Origin: a bacterium
Lineage (GTDB): Bacteria; Patescibacteriota; CPR2; UBA1875; CAIMLA01
DNA length: 64,000 nucleotides
NCBI GenBank assembly: GCA_037129835.1
Contig: JBAXUE010000004.1
Coordinates: 25,638 to 89,637 of the forward strand
Reading direction: 5' to 3'
Within the stretch, counting starts at the first letter, position 1. Each line of letters begins with the position of its first letter. The position numbers and the translations under genes are program-made. The notes beneath the pieces are model-generated. The model was not told the origin of the DNA. It ran no database searches and saw only the letters and a list, made by a program, of their open reading frames with translations. This document shows positions 1-9,246 of this stretch, in pieces.

Positions 1-291
1 AGGGAAACCGTCAAGACCGCCGATGTCTTTCATTACATTGGCGGCATATTCTTGAGATTTTTTAATGCCGTTTTCAAGGGCTGTTTTGATGTCTTTTTCA
101 AGAACATCTAGTCTGTCTATATTTATATCTTCTTTGTTGAGAATAACTTGTTGGATTTTCTGTTCTCCGTTGATAATTATTCTTACAGAACCGGATTCTA
201 CGGTAAAAGTTTCACTTTTCAATTTTTTTTGTATTTCTCGTGCTTTTTTTATAAAATCGAGTTGTTCCTTTGCCTTACCAAACATTGCCAT
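1..291 (-). CDS. ybaB: YbaB/EbfC family nucleoid-associated protein (3' end runs off the window)
   Basis: Not in the ORF track. Manual translation from ATG at 291 gives MAMFGKAKEQLDFIKKAREIQKKLKSETFTVESGSVRIIINGEQKIQQVILNKED...LEKDIKTALENGIKKSQEYAANVMKDIGGLDGFP, a typical YbaB pattern. Confidence 0.8.
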   Translation of the reverse strand, partial: MAMFGKAKEQLDFIKKAREIQKKLKSETFTVESGSVRIIINGEQKIQQVILNKEDINIDRLDVLEKDIKTALENGIKKSQEYAANVMKDIGGLDGFP

Positions 292-334
292 AAATATTGC
301 CTTTCTTTATTAACAAGATTATAGCAAAAAAAGC

Positions 335-1834
335 CTATCTAGTATATAGAACTGCCTTTATATTTTTTCTTTCTATTGTTATATTAACCTGCCAATCTTT
401 TAGTGGGGTCTCCTCTATAATCTCATCATTTGGTTTCCCTATTACCCATATTCTGTTCCCCAGGCTATCTAGGACCTCCCTATTTACAACATATTTATCT
501 ACTTGGTCATAAAATAAAGAAGTTTCACCATAACCAATAACGGAATCTGGTATCAGTCTTATGTTTCCATATCCAAAATAATAGCTTCCATCCAAGAAGG
601 TATAAAGGGAACTAGATAAAACAATATCTGATTTTTGTTTGACTGCATTAACTTGATCATAAACCTGTTTCATTTGGTGATTAACGTCAATGTGCATATA
701 CACCACCCCTGATAATAAAATACCCAAAAAGATAGATCCAGTCACTATTCTTATATATTTATTCCCGATTTCCGATATTAAGCAACCCCATATTATAAAT
801 ATTGCTATAGAAGAAAATATAAAATATCTATCTTGATATATCGGTGTTCTTAGCTTTGATAATATTAATACAAAAACCATTGGCATATACCCATAAACGT
901 AGAGGGAGAGAACCGACATTTTTTGTTTATCTTTGATTAAAAGCAGTAATAAACCAGAAAAAATAGCGATAACGGTAATAAACCAATATATGATATCCCC
1001 AAAAATCAATTCATTATATACAAAATCAAGGTGCGAGTATGTAAATAATTGCAAAACATTACTGGGAATTGTTGCTATATTAATCCATTCTGGCTTAATC
1101 CAATAGTCTCCACTTATTCGAGTAACCTGTTTGTATGCGATATAAAACCAAGGAATATACAATATCAAAAGTAAGATGTTTGCCAGCCACCATTTATAAT
1201 CAAAAATGCCCACTACTTGCTTGAAAGATTTTTTCCAATTTAAAGTTAAAAATCCAGGTGTTAACATGGCAAGGATAATCCAGAAGGAAATTATTGCAAA
1301 AAACGAATAATACTGAGTATACATTGCCACAATCATAGAAGGTACAAAGAAATACAAATATTTAAAGTTTTTCTCTTTAACATATCTTATGAAATAATAT
1401 GCCGCTAGTGTAGTAAAGAACGCTATAACTCCATACATTCTTGCTTCTTGACCAAAGCGAATCATAAAAGGAGAAAATGAAACAATCATTGAAGACCAAT
1501 ATGCTGCCTTCTTATTCCAAATTAACTCTACAATCTTGTAGGTTATAAAAACTATACCAATCGAGAAAATAAGTGATAAAAATCTGATCGAAAAAACTGA
1601 GCTACCAAATAATGCTGTCCAAAATTTTGCGATTAAATAGTAACCAGGTGGATGAACATCTCTAGCAGTTCTGGCAATTATTTCCAAAGGGTTATATCTT
1701 ATTAACCACATAGTGTATCCCTCGTCGTGCCAAATACTAGAACTAGTAAGCATGAATAATCTAAGCACTAGGGCGGTAGCCACGGGTATTGACCAAGTAT
1801 GTTTTAAAATAAACGATTTAATTCTGATATTCAT
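335..1834 (-). CDS. GT-C fold glycosyltransferase (GT39/PMT/ArnT-like), polytopic membrane protein
   Basis: SIWHDEGYT acidic motif after TM1, DVHPPGYY, QEARMY, many hydrophobic helices. Confidence 0.8.
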   Translation of the reverse strand: MNIRIKSFILKHTWSIPVATALVLRLFMLTSSSIWHDEGYTMWLIRYNPLEIIARTARDVHPPGYYLIAKFWTALFGSSVFSIRFLSLIFSIGIVFITYKIVELIWNKKAAYWSSMIVSFSPFMIRFGQEARMYGVIAFFTTLAAYYFIRYVKEKNFKYLYFFVPSMIVAMYTQYYSFFAIISFWIILAMLTPGFLTLNWKKSFKQVVGIFDYKWWLANILLLILYIPWFYIAYKQVTRISGDYWIKPEWINIATIPSNVLQLFTYSHLDFVYNELIFGDIIYWFITVIAIFSGLLLLLIKDKQKMSVLSLYVYGYMPMVFVLILSKLRTPIYQDRYFIFSSIAIFIIWGCLISEIGNKYIRIVTGSIFLGILLSGVVYMHIDVNHQMKQVYDQVNAVKQKSDIVLSSSLYTFLDGSYYFGYGNIRLIPDSVIGYGETSLFYDQVDKYVVNREVLDSLGNRIWVIGKPNDEIIEETPLKDWQVNITIERKNIKAVLYTR

Positions 1835-3347
1835 AATAAAGAACTGTTTTCCTGTCTATTTTTGAAAATACTGGTTGAAAGTAAGTGTTAAAACCGTTTT
1901 CTTTAAGTTTCGCTTGTGTTTCATAAAGCCAGCTTTTTGTTACAAAAATTTTGTTATTTGATTGCGCAAGCACTATTTGATCTGCGTCGCGAGGTTCAAA
2001 TCTTTTCCATTTATGTTGAGTAGAATGAGTAATAAATTCGACTGTTTTGGTCCCATATTCCCCCACTATAAGAATATTATTACGATTGGGTGATGCAGAA
2101 TTAATATCATTAGCAATCGATACCATGTCTTCAGAGTAGGCTTCGCCAGCTTCTACCATTGTAGGAAATACCATAAAATATTTATAATATCCAAAAACTG
2201 AAGATACGGCAAGTAGTCCGATAAAAATATATGTCGTATACTTTTCGGCTTTTAATTTTACAATTAACCAATTTACGGCAATACCAACACAGATAAATAC
2301 TACAGGTATTATTCCCACAATTCTAAGAGCGTGGGGTATACCTTCCGCAGTTAGTAATTCTGGTAGAGAAAGAGCCCCAGCCCACATTAATAAAAGAAAG
2401 TTTTCAATCTTATTAATTTTAAAAATAACCAAAACGACTCCAACCCAAAATAATATACCCACTATTGGGTCTAACATGGGCCAGCCCCCAAGGTTATGTC
2501 GAAAATTTTCATCACCATGGACATTGAGCATAAGAGCTGTTTTCTGTACCCCGTTTATAAAAGTCATGGCTGGATTGCCACCATTTAAATCTTGGTTAAA
2601 AATACTTGTAGACGATCTTCCGGCTATATCTTCGGGAACATTATAAAAATGAATAAACATTGGTATCATCACGATTAAAAACGCAACCCCCATCCAGGAT
2701 ATATTCTTCCAGTATTTTGATATAAATTTTTTGTCTTTGAATAATATGAATATAAGTAGCGCAAATAATACAAGCGGGGCCATTCTAAATGATAGATATG
2801 TGTAACAGCCGAGTGCTAATGTAATACCAGTCGCTAAATAATATTTAAGTTTTCCCTCTCGGTAAGCTTTAATAAAAAAGTAAAAAAGAAAAATTAAAGC
2901 TAGTGGTGCCATAATTGCCCTAAAGCCGTTTCTACTAAACTGAATGTGCCAAGCACTTACTGCTAGAGCGGTAGCAGCGAAGAGTCCAACATTTTTGTTG
3001 TACATCTCCTTTCCAAGAAGATATATCGCCCAAACAGTAATAACTCCTATAATTGCCGGCGCGATTCTAAGAGAAAGAGGCGTATAGTTTATTGCTGTAA
3101 TATTTAATAGATTACCCAACCAGACAAAAATCCCCTGTAAATATAGGAATAAGGCTTCTCGGGGTCCATTAGTATCGTAAATGGCAGCAAACCTTCCTTT
3201 TTCTATCATGCTAATAATATCTAAGCCATTTGCAGCCTCATCGGGGTGTAGGCCTGGCGGCAGTGATGCTAGTTTATAAAAACGTAGTGATGTTGCTATA
3301 ATTAAAACTACTATTAGTTGCCAATTGTGTTTAAACCATTTAGCCAT
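1818..3347 (-). CDS. GT-C fold glycosyltransferase (GT39/ArnT-like)
   Basis: LPPGLHPDEAANG motif, WHIQFSRNGFR, many TM helices. Start MAKWF at 3347 preferred; alternative TTG at 3362. Confidence 0.8.
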   Translation of the reverse strand: MAKWFKHNWQLIVVLIIATSLRFYKLASLPPGLHPDEAANGLDIISMIEKGRFAAIYDTNGPREALFLYLQGIFVWLGNLLNITAINYTPLSLRIAPAIIGVITVWAIYLLGKEMYNKNVGLFAATALAVSAWHIQFSRNGFRAIMAPLALIFLFYFFIKAYREGKLKYYLATGITLALGCYTYLSFRMAPLVLFALLIFILFKDKKFISKYWKNISWMGVAFLIVMIPMFIHFYNVPEDIAGRSSTSIFNQDLNGGNPAMTFINGVQKTALMLNVHGDENFRHNLGGWPMLDPIVGILFWVGVVLVIFKINKIENFLLLMWAGALSLPELLTAEGIPHALRIVGIIPVVFICVGIAVNWLIVKLKAEKYTTYIFIGLLAVSSVFGYYKYFMVFPTMVEAGEAYSEDMVSIANDINSASPNRNNILIVGEYGTKTVEFITHSTQHKWKRFEPRDADQIVLAQSNNKIFVTKSWLYETQAKLKENGFNTYFQPVFSKIDRKTVLYYEYQN

Positions 3348-3358
3348 ATCGCCCCATT

Positions 3359-4267
3359 TCAATCCCAGTTAAGGATGTCTTCTTCAATATTTATATTAAT
3401 ATTCTTTTTCACTTTATTTTTTGAATATTTGCCGCTAAGCAAATTCCACTGAACGGTAAATATATCTTTAAAAGAGTAGAAGGTGTCCCTTATGGGATTT
3501 GGGATTGCCGTAGCAGCCGAATCAAACCAATAAACAGGAACCTCAATAGTCCTTAGTTTGTATTTTTGAGCTATTGCACAGTATTCTGTGTCGAAGCCAA
3601 AACCATGATCTTTGCCTGTGACGGCATTGCCATATATAGTTTGCAAACCAGCTAATAATCTAGCGACGTTTTTCCTATATAGCTTAAACCCACATCGCTG
3701 ATCAATATAGCTTTGATTTAATAGAACCGTAAACGCTAAATTACCACCACGTGATATAAATTGCCGTACCCTGCCCTGTTTACCGACCGCTTGATAGTCT
3801 TTCGAGTGTCCGAAGACAAGGACCTCAAATACACTTTTTATGCCATGGAATACCCCTGCAAAATAGTTTGGATTATAGGGTTTCGCCTCTTTGATATATC
3901 TTGAGCCCATCACTATATCGTATTTATTGATAAATGGGAGTAACCTATCTATTTCCTTGATTGGAGTAGAGCTGTCTGCGTCCATAAACATAACAAATTT
4001 ACCTTTTGCAACGGCAATACCATCGTGGATTCCTTGGCCCTTGCCACCACGATTATCCGTCGGCTCAGTGTATTCAAAGTGCTCTATAGCTTTTGCATAC
4101 TTTTTGGCTAAATCCAGACTACCATCAGTACTATGTGTGTCAGAAAATATAACCTGAGTCTTAAATGAAGCTTTGTTGGTATAATCAACTATTTCTTTAA
4201 TTGTTTTTTCCAATACTTTGGCTTGATTTTTAAATGGGACGATTATGCTTAAATATATTTCTTCCAA
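3359..4267 (-). CDS. GT2 polyprenol-phosphate glycosyltransferase (Alg5/Dpm1/GtrB-like)
   Basis: LSIIVP, DTHSTDGS, GKGQG, FMDAD (DxD), GSR, DQRCGFKLY, GFGFDTE. TTG start with GGAGGGA SD. Confidence 0.85.
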   Translation of the reverse strand: MEEIYLSIIVPFKNQAKVLEKTIKEIVDYTNKASFKTQVIFSDTHSTDGSLDLAKKYAKAIEHFEYTEPTDNRGGKGQGIHDGIAVAKGKFVMFMDADSSTPIKEIDRLLPFINKYDIVMGSRYIKEAKPYNPNYFAGVFHGIKSVFEVLVFGHSKDYQAVGKQGRVRQFISRGGNLAFTVLLNQSYIDQRCGFKLYRKNVARLLAGLQTIYGNAVTGKDHGFGFDTEYCAIAQKYKLRTIEVPVYWFDSAATAIPNPIRDTFYSFKDIFTVQWNLLSGKYSKNKVKKNININIEEDILNWD

Positions 4268-4281
4268 AAAATCCCTCCGAA

Positions 4282-5517
4282 TTATTTTTTAATTATTGTA
4301 ATGCTATTAGTAAACTGACTTCTAATTGTGTTACTACCCAACCAACCTAAAAAAAACTTTTGATAATTATAATAAACCGATAAAAAAACGAATAATGAAA
4401 AAACCAAGGTCATAATTAGTCTAGCATTTTTGTTATATGGAAATGTTTTAGTCCAACTAGTTAATAAGTAGTCAAACAACAATGCCGAAAATATATAAAT
4501 TGTAGGTAAAACTATTAATAGATAGTCAAATATCTGTTTACCGGAAAGAGAAATAATAACAAGCCCAAATAATAGCCACATTAAAAGAAATTGATGCTTT
4601 CTTTTGCCCGCATGAAAGAAGGCATATATGATGCCGCAAATTGCACTTACTGCCAAGAAAGGATCTAATATAGGCTCAGAACCAACATTATATGGTGTAG
4701 CATAAATGGAATTTCCCATAAGCGCCAGAACGTTGTTACCGATGTTTTGAGAAAATAACAGAAAAGAACCTGGGGTTACTATGTAGCTAATATTAGAATA
4801 AAAATCAGGTAAAAAAACAATGTAGATAACTGCCGAAATCATAATCGGTAGAATCAAAAAGAGAAGTTCATAGACAAACATACTTATAAACTTTGTATTT
4901 TTCAACATTATCACAAAAGCAACAACGGCAAGTAGGGCTCCTGACAGAACAAATATCGGGGAAGTGAAGATTCCAAGTGCAGAAACCAGGCCTGCCAGCA
5001 AAAACAGATATTTCTTTTTATCCCTAAAGGCATATGTTAATAACAGTAAAATTAAAAACTGCAATAGAACTATTATTCCAATTTCACTAACTATCCGAGA
5101 AAATATAATAATTGGTGCGCTTGTAGCCATAAATAAAGTCGAAAGTATCGCAACCTGTTTATTAAACCAAGTTCTTACGAATAAGAAAAATACTACCAGA
5201 AGAGATATCATAATTATCACGTTTAAAAGTCTGTATGTTGACACATCATATCCAGAAAGGAAAATCAGACTCGATTGAAGATAGACATATAGGGCGCGGT
5301 AAATCTCCTTTTGCTGAATGATCCAAGAATTATTAATAACTTTCGTAAAAACAGCCAGATTGGTTTTTTCCATAATAGAAAAACCATGAAATGCACCTAC
5401 ATTCCAGATGCGCCATAAAGAACCGATCGTGATAATTAATACAGTGAGGATCCCAAACTGATTGCGCTCAGAGTAGCTTGATATATTATTGTATATACTT
5501 TTTAAATTCATCTTCAC
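4282..5517 (-). CDS. Divergent GT-C (GT39-like) membrane protein
   Basis: About 11 TM helices. Segments parallel the neighbouring GT-C (FSR, PILDP vs PMLDP, FLLMW) but the DE motif is missing. Confidence 0.6.
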   Translation of the reverse strand: MKMNLKSIYNNISSYSERNQFGILTVLIITIGSLWRIWNVGAFHGFSIMEKTNLAVFTKVINNSWIIQQKEIYRALYVYLQSSLIFLSGYDVSTYRLLNVIIMISLLVVFFLFVRTWFNKQVAILSTLFMATSAPIIIFSRIVSEIGIIVLLQFLILLLLTYAFRDKKKYLFLLAGLVSALGIFTSPIFVLSGALLAVVAFVIMLKNTKFISMFVYELLFLILPIMISAVIYIVFLPDFYSNISYIVTPGSFLLFSQNIGNNVLALMGNSIYATPYNVGSEPILDPFLAVSAICGIIYAFFHAGKRKHQFLLMWLLFGLVIISLSGKQIFDYLLIVLPTIYIFSALLFDYLLTSWTKTFPYNKNARLIMTLVFSLFVFLSVYYNYQKFFLGWLGSNTIRSQFTNSITIIKK

Positions 5518-5592
5518 TATTTTACCAGACTGTGCTCGAAATAGCTAAAAGTTCAATCTTTATGGCAATCCATGATCTACTCATTTGAACAT

Positions 5593-6246
5593 TTATTTAT
5601 CTTTAAATACCCAGAACTTATATAAAGTAAAGTTAAAAATCATTGCGGTTAGTGAGCCAGCAACAGTGGCAATATTCGCCCAACCAATACCATTAATGTT
5701 GTCAATAAAGCTTGGTCCTATATTCGAAATAGTTGTTGCAATAGTTACATTAATTAACAATCCGAGAAGTGTGGCGATCGCGAATTTAGATATTTCACTA
5801 CCTTCTTTTTGCTTCTTGGAACCATAAAAAACCCATAACTTGCTCCAAAAAAAACTATTTGTTGCTGCCACTAAGAAAGATATCCCTTTGAATAAAATAA
5901 AATATATACCTGCGTTCTGACCAGTTATAATAATTAGTATATTTACTATTCCGATATCGACTAGCCAGTTCAGTCCACCAGCTTCACCAAACTTTAAAAA
6001 CTTATATAAAACTGGTGCAAACATTCCAAGCAAACGGCCTACTAAAATGCCAGTCATGCATATAAATACAAAAAAAGAAAAAATTACTACTGGATTGAGG
6101 TATACTCCAAAATATACTTGATTTATAAATCCCAGGCTTTTAGCTACAAATACTGCAAAAAAACCAGCAATTGCACCAAGCACTGTTGCGGCTGCTAAAT
6201 CTTGATAAAAAGGCATCATTCTAAGTTTATTATTTTCTGAAGACAT
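5593..6246 (-). CDS. GtrA family protein (putative lipid-linked sugar flippase) with extra N-terminal TM helices
   Basis: FLKFGEAGGLNWLVD, SFFWSKLWVF, FNFTLYKFWVF are GtrA-like motifs. Confidence 0.8.
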   Translation of the reverse strand: MSSENNKLRMMPFYQDLAAATVLGAIAGFFAVFVAKSLGFINQVYFGVYLNPVVIFSFFVFICMTGILVGRLLGMFAPVLYKFLKFGEAGGLNWLVDIGIVNILIIITGQNAGIYFILFKGISFLVAATNSFFWSKLWVFYGSKKQKEGSEISKFAIATLLGLLINVTIATTISNIGPSFIDNINGIGWANIATVAGSLTAMIFNFTLYKFWVFKDK

Positions 6247-6302
6247 ACTTACCCTCACTACATACTTAGATTATTATATTGCACCAACGGGCGGACGTCT
6301 AG

Positions 6303-7655
6303 CTATATTTTCTGATTGCTTTGATGTTTTTTCTCTATGCTGGTAAATAACATTTGTTCTGGTTTGAAATATAATTCGATCTGTCCAATCGGCCCGTTTC
6401 TGTGTTTTCTGATTAACACATCTGCAATATTCTTTCTTTCTGAGTCTTTATCATAATAATCATCGCGATAGATAAACATAACTACATCAGCATCTTGTTC
6501 TATAGAACCAGATTCACGCAAGTCGGCAAGTTGTGGAATGCGGCTTGGTCTATTTTCAACGGCCCTAGAAAGCTGTGAAAGCGCAATTACAGGTACATGT
6601 AATTCTCTGGCCAAACCCTTTAAAGATCTTGAAATATCACTCACCTCTTCTACCCTATTAGAACTACCATTTCCTTGCATCAGCTGAAGGTAATCAATTA
6701 CAATCAAGCCAAGTCCATGCTCAGATTGCAACCTTCTTGCTTTTGTTCTCATCTCTAAAACATTTATACCGGCAGAATCATCAAAATACAGTGGTGCTTC
6801 AGATAATCGTGCCATTGCCTCCCCAATTCGTTGAAAATCATCATCACTCAAATTCGCATTTCTTAGCTTCCAGGAATCTACATTAGCCTCAGAGGCTAAA
6901 ATACGATCCACAAGTTGTTCTTTACTCATTTCTAAAGAGAATATTGCGACTGGAATACCTTCGTTGATAGCTACATGTTGGGCCATATTGATTGCCAATG
7001 AAGATTTGCCCATCGAAGGCCGAGCCGCTAATATTATTAGATCCGAGGGCTGAAAACCAGCAAGTAAATTGTCTAAATCCTTGAAGCCAGTCGGTACTCC
7101 TCGGATTTTGTCTTTATTTTTGTGTAGTTCATCTAATCTATCAAAACTCTCCGTAAGAATATCCTTTATTGCGATAAAGCTCTCTTTGGTATGTTTTTGT
7201 GATACTGCAAAAATAGTTTGTTCTGCGTGATCTAGAATTTCTGAAATTTCCTTGTCTTCGTGCATTGCGATATCGGATATATCGGCAGAGGCATGTAACA
7301 GTTTTCTTAAAACCGCTTTGCCCGAAACGATTTTTGCATAATGAAGGATATTGGCAGCAGAAGGCACAGAACTTGCTAAAGTTGCAATATAGCTACCACC
7401 GCCAACTATATCTAGCTTTCTAAGCTCTTCTAACTTGTTTGTAAGCGTTATGACGTCAATTGGCTCTCTATGCTCGTATAGAGTAACCATTGCTCCATAT
7501 ATGACGCCGTGAGCGTCTTTATAGAAATCATCTGGAACGACAAGGTCAGCAATTTTAACAATAGCATCTTTATCGAGAAGGATTGCCCCTAATAAAGAAA
7601 TCTCTGCATCGATGTTTTGCGGTGGAATATTAATTCTATTTATATTTTGTGCCAT
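6303..7655 (-). CDS. dnaB: Replicative DNA helicase DnaB
   Basis: PPQNIDAE, AARPSMGKS, IDYLQLM, LSQLSR, DLRESGSIEQDAD, KHRNGP. Confidence 0.98.
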   Translation of the reverse strand: MAQNINRINIPPQNIDAEISLLGAILLDKDAIVKIADLVVPDDFYKDAHGVIYGAMVTLYEHREPIDVITLTNKLEELRKLDIVGGGSYIATLASSVPSAANILHYAKIVSGKAVLRKLLHASADISDIAMHEDKEISEILDHAEQTIFAVSQKHTKESFIAIKDILTESFDRLDELHKNKDKIRGVPTGFKDLDNLLAGFQPSDLIILAARPSMGKSSLAINMAQHVAINEGIPVAIFSLEMSKEQLVDRILASEANVDSWKLRNANLSDDDFQRIGEAMARLSEAPLYFDDSAGINVLEMRTKARRLQSEHGLGLIVIDYLQLMQGNGSSNRVEEVSDISRSLKGLARELHVPVIALSQLSRAVENRPSRIPQLADLRESGSIEQDADVVMFIYRDDYYDKDSERKNIADVLIRKHRNGPIGQIELYFKPEQMLFTSIEKKHQSNQKI

Positions 7656-9127
7656 TATTCGATTACCTCCCCACCAAAAATGCCGATTGCATCATCGAGA
7701 AGATCGTCTCTACTGGCCTTATTAGAAACTGGTGTAGCTATTACCATGCTGGAATTTAATATTGCTTGAACTATAATCTTTTCCCCATAAACGCGCTCTA
7801 GTGCGTCTTCGATTAGTTGCTTGTTTTTTCTATCATCAGCTCTTTCTTTGTGCCAATTGGTCGTAAAGTATAAACACACTTTATTCCCATTAAACTCTGG
7901 GCTACAAGACTTTAATATTGCGTGTACCTGAACAGATTTTGCCTTTACTTCGAGCAAAGACTGCTGCCACTTGGTCTTATCATCTGTTTTTAAAACAGGT
8001 ATATTAACCTTTTGATTTTCTGAATTGATTGATTTTTTACTCTCTACGGCATTCACGGTATTTTGCTGTGTTCTAGTGCCAAAATCTTTAGTAAATTTTA
8101 TTATCGCAACTTCTAAAGCAAGTTTCGGCATATTAATATATCTGTAGTCAGACTCAGTGTTTATAAATACATCGATTGCATTAGTGATGTTTTCCAGATT
8201 ATGTGTAGCGTCATCTATAACATCTTCTTCAGAAATCGCCTTTATTGCAAAATCTCTTAAATTGAGAACAATCTCTTTAAACAAATACCCAGGATCATTT
8301 CCGCCCTCGATAATAATACTCGCAAGGTCTATAGACTTTGCAGTTTCTTTATTTAGTATCGCAATTGTGAGTTCGTTTAGAGACTTCTTGTTTCCTGAGC
8401 CAATAAGTTCTTTAACTTTCTCTCTAGAAATTTCACCATCAGAGCCGTCTACAAGTTGATCTAATATGGAAATAGCGTCTCTAAAACCGCCGTCAGCTAC
8501 TTTGGCAATTTCAGCAAGAGCCTCCTCACTGATTGTTACTTTTTCATTTTCTGCGATATGGGTCAGTCTATCGATGATCGCCTTTTCGCCGATCTTATGG
8601 AAATCATATTTTTGACATCTGGATTGTATAGTAGGTAATATTTTATGAACTTCTGTCGTTGCCAAGATAAAGATTGCGTGCCCTGGAGGCTCTTCTAGCG
8701 TCTTTAATAGAGCATTAAAGGATGACTTTGATAGCATGTGGGCTTCATCAATAATATATACTTTGTATTTTAAAGATGTTGGAGTAAATTTTGCTCGTTC
8801 TACTATAACCTCACGGATATTGTCAACTTGGGTATGAGAGGCTGCATCGATTTCGATGATATCAACCGAACGATTATTATTAATATCCTTACAATTAGTG
8901 CAAGTATTGTCCGGGTTACCATCTGTGGAATTTAGACAATTTATAGCCTTGGCAAGGACCCTAGCGGCTGAAGTTTTTCCAGTACCTCTTGGTCCATAAA
9001 ATAGGTATGCATGAGAAAAATTACCATTTTTAACTGAGTTCTTTAAGGTAATAGAAATATGATCCTGACCGAATATTTCATCAAAATTTGTGGGGCGATA
9101 TTTTCTATATAATGCTAGCTTTGACAT
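7655..9127 (-). CDS. dnaX: DNA polymerase III subunit gamma/tau
   Basis: LYRKYRP, GPRGTGKT, EIDAAS, IIDEAHML, LLKTLEEPP, SRC. Confidence 0.97.
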   Translation of the reverse strand: MSKLALYRKYRPTNFDEIFGQDHISITLKNSVKNGNFSHAYLFYGPRGTGKTSAARVLAKAINCLNSTDGNPDNTCTNCKDINNNRSVDIIEIDAASHTQVDNIREVIVERAKFTPTSLKYKVYIIDEAHMLSKSSFNALLKTLEEPPGHAIFILATTEVHKILPTIQSRCQKYDFHKIGEKAIIDRLTHIAENEKVTISEEALAEIAKVADGGFRDAISILDQLVDGSDGEISREKVKELIGSGNKKSLNELTIAILNKETAKSIDLASIIIEGGNDPGYLFKEIVLNLRDFAIKAISEEDVIDDATHNLENITNAIDVFINTESDYRYINMPKLALEVAIIKFTKDFGTRTQQNTVNAVESKKSINSENQKVNIPVLKTDDKTKWQQSLLEVKAKSVQVHAILKSCSPEFNGNKVCLYFTTNWHKERADDRKNKQLIEDALERVYGEKIIVQAILNSSMVIATPVSNKASRDDLLDDAIGIFGGEVIE

Positions 9128-9246
9128 TCTTGTTCCTTAAATTCCTATATGATTATACTTAAAATACAACTACATTTCGAGTACATAATAGTCGAATTTC
9201 GAGTATAAATAGTTATTTAGAGGGGATAAGCTGTTTAAAAATGGTC

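Noticed and set aside
7655-9127. Programmed frameshift in dnaX
   Set aside because: No AAAAAAG or long A-run slippery site with a stimulatory hairpin was seen by eye.
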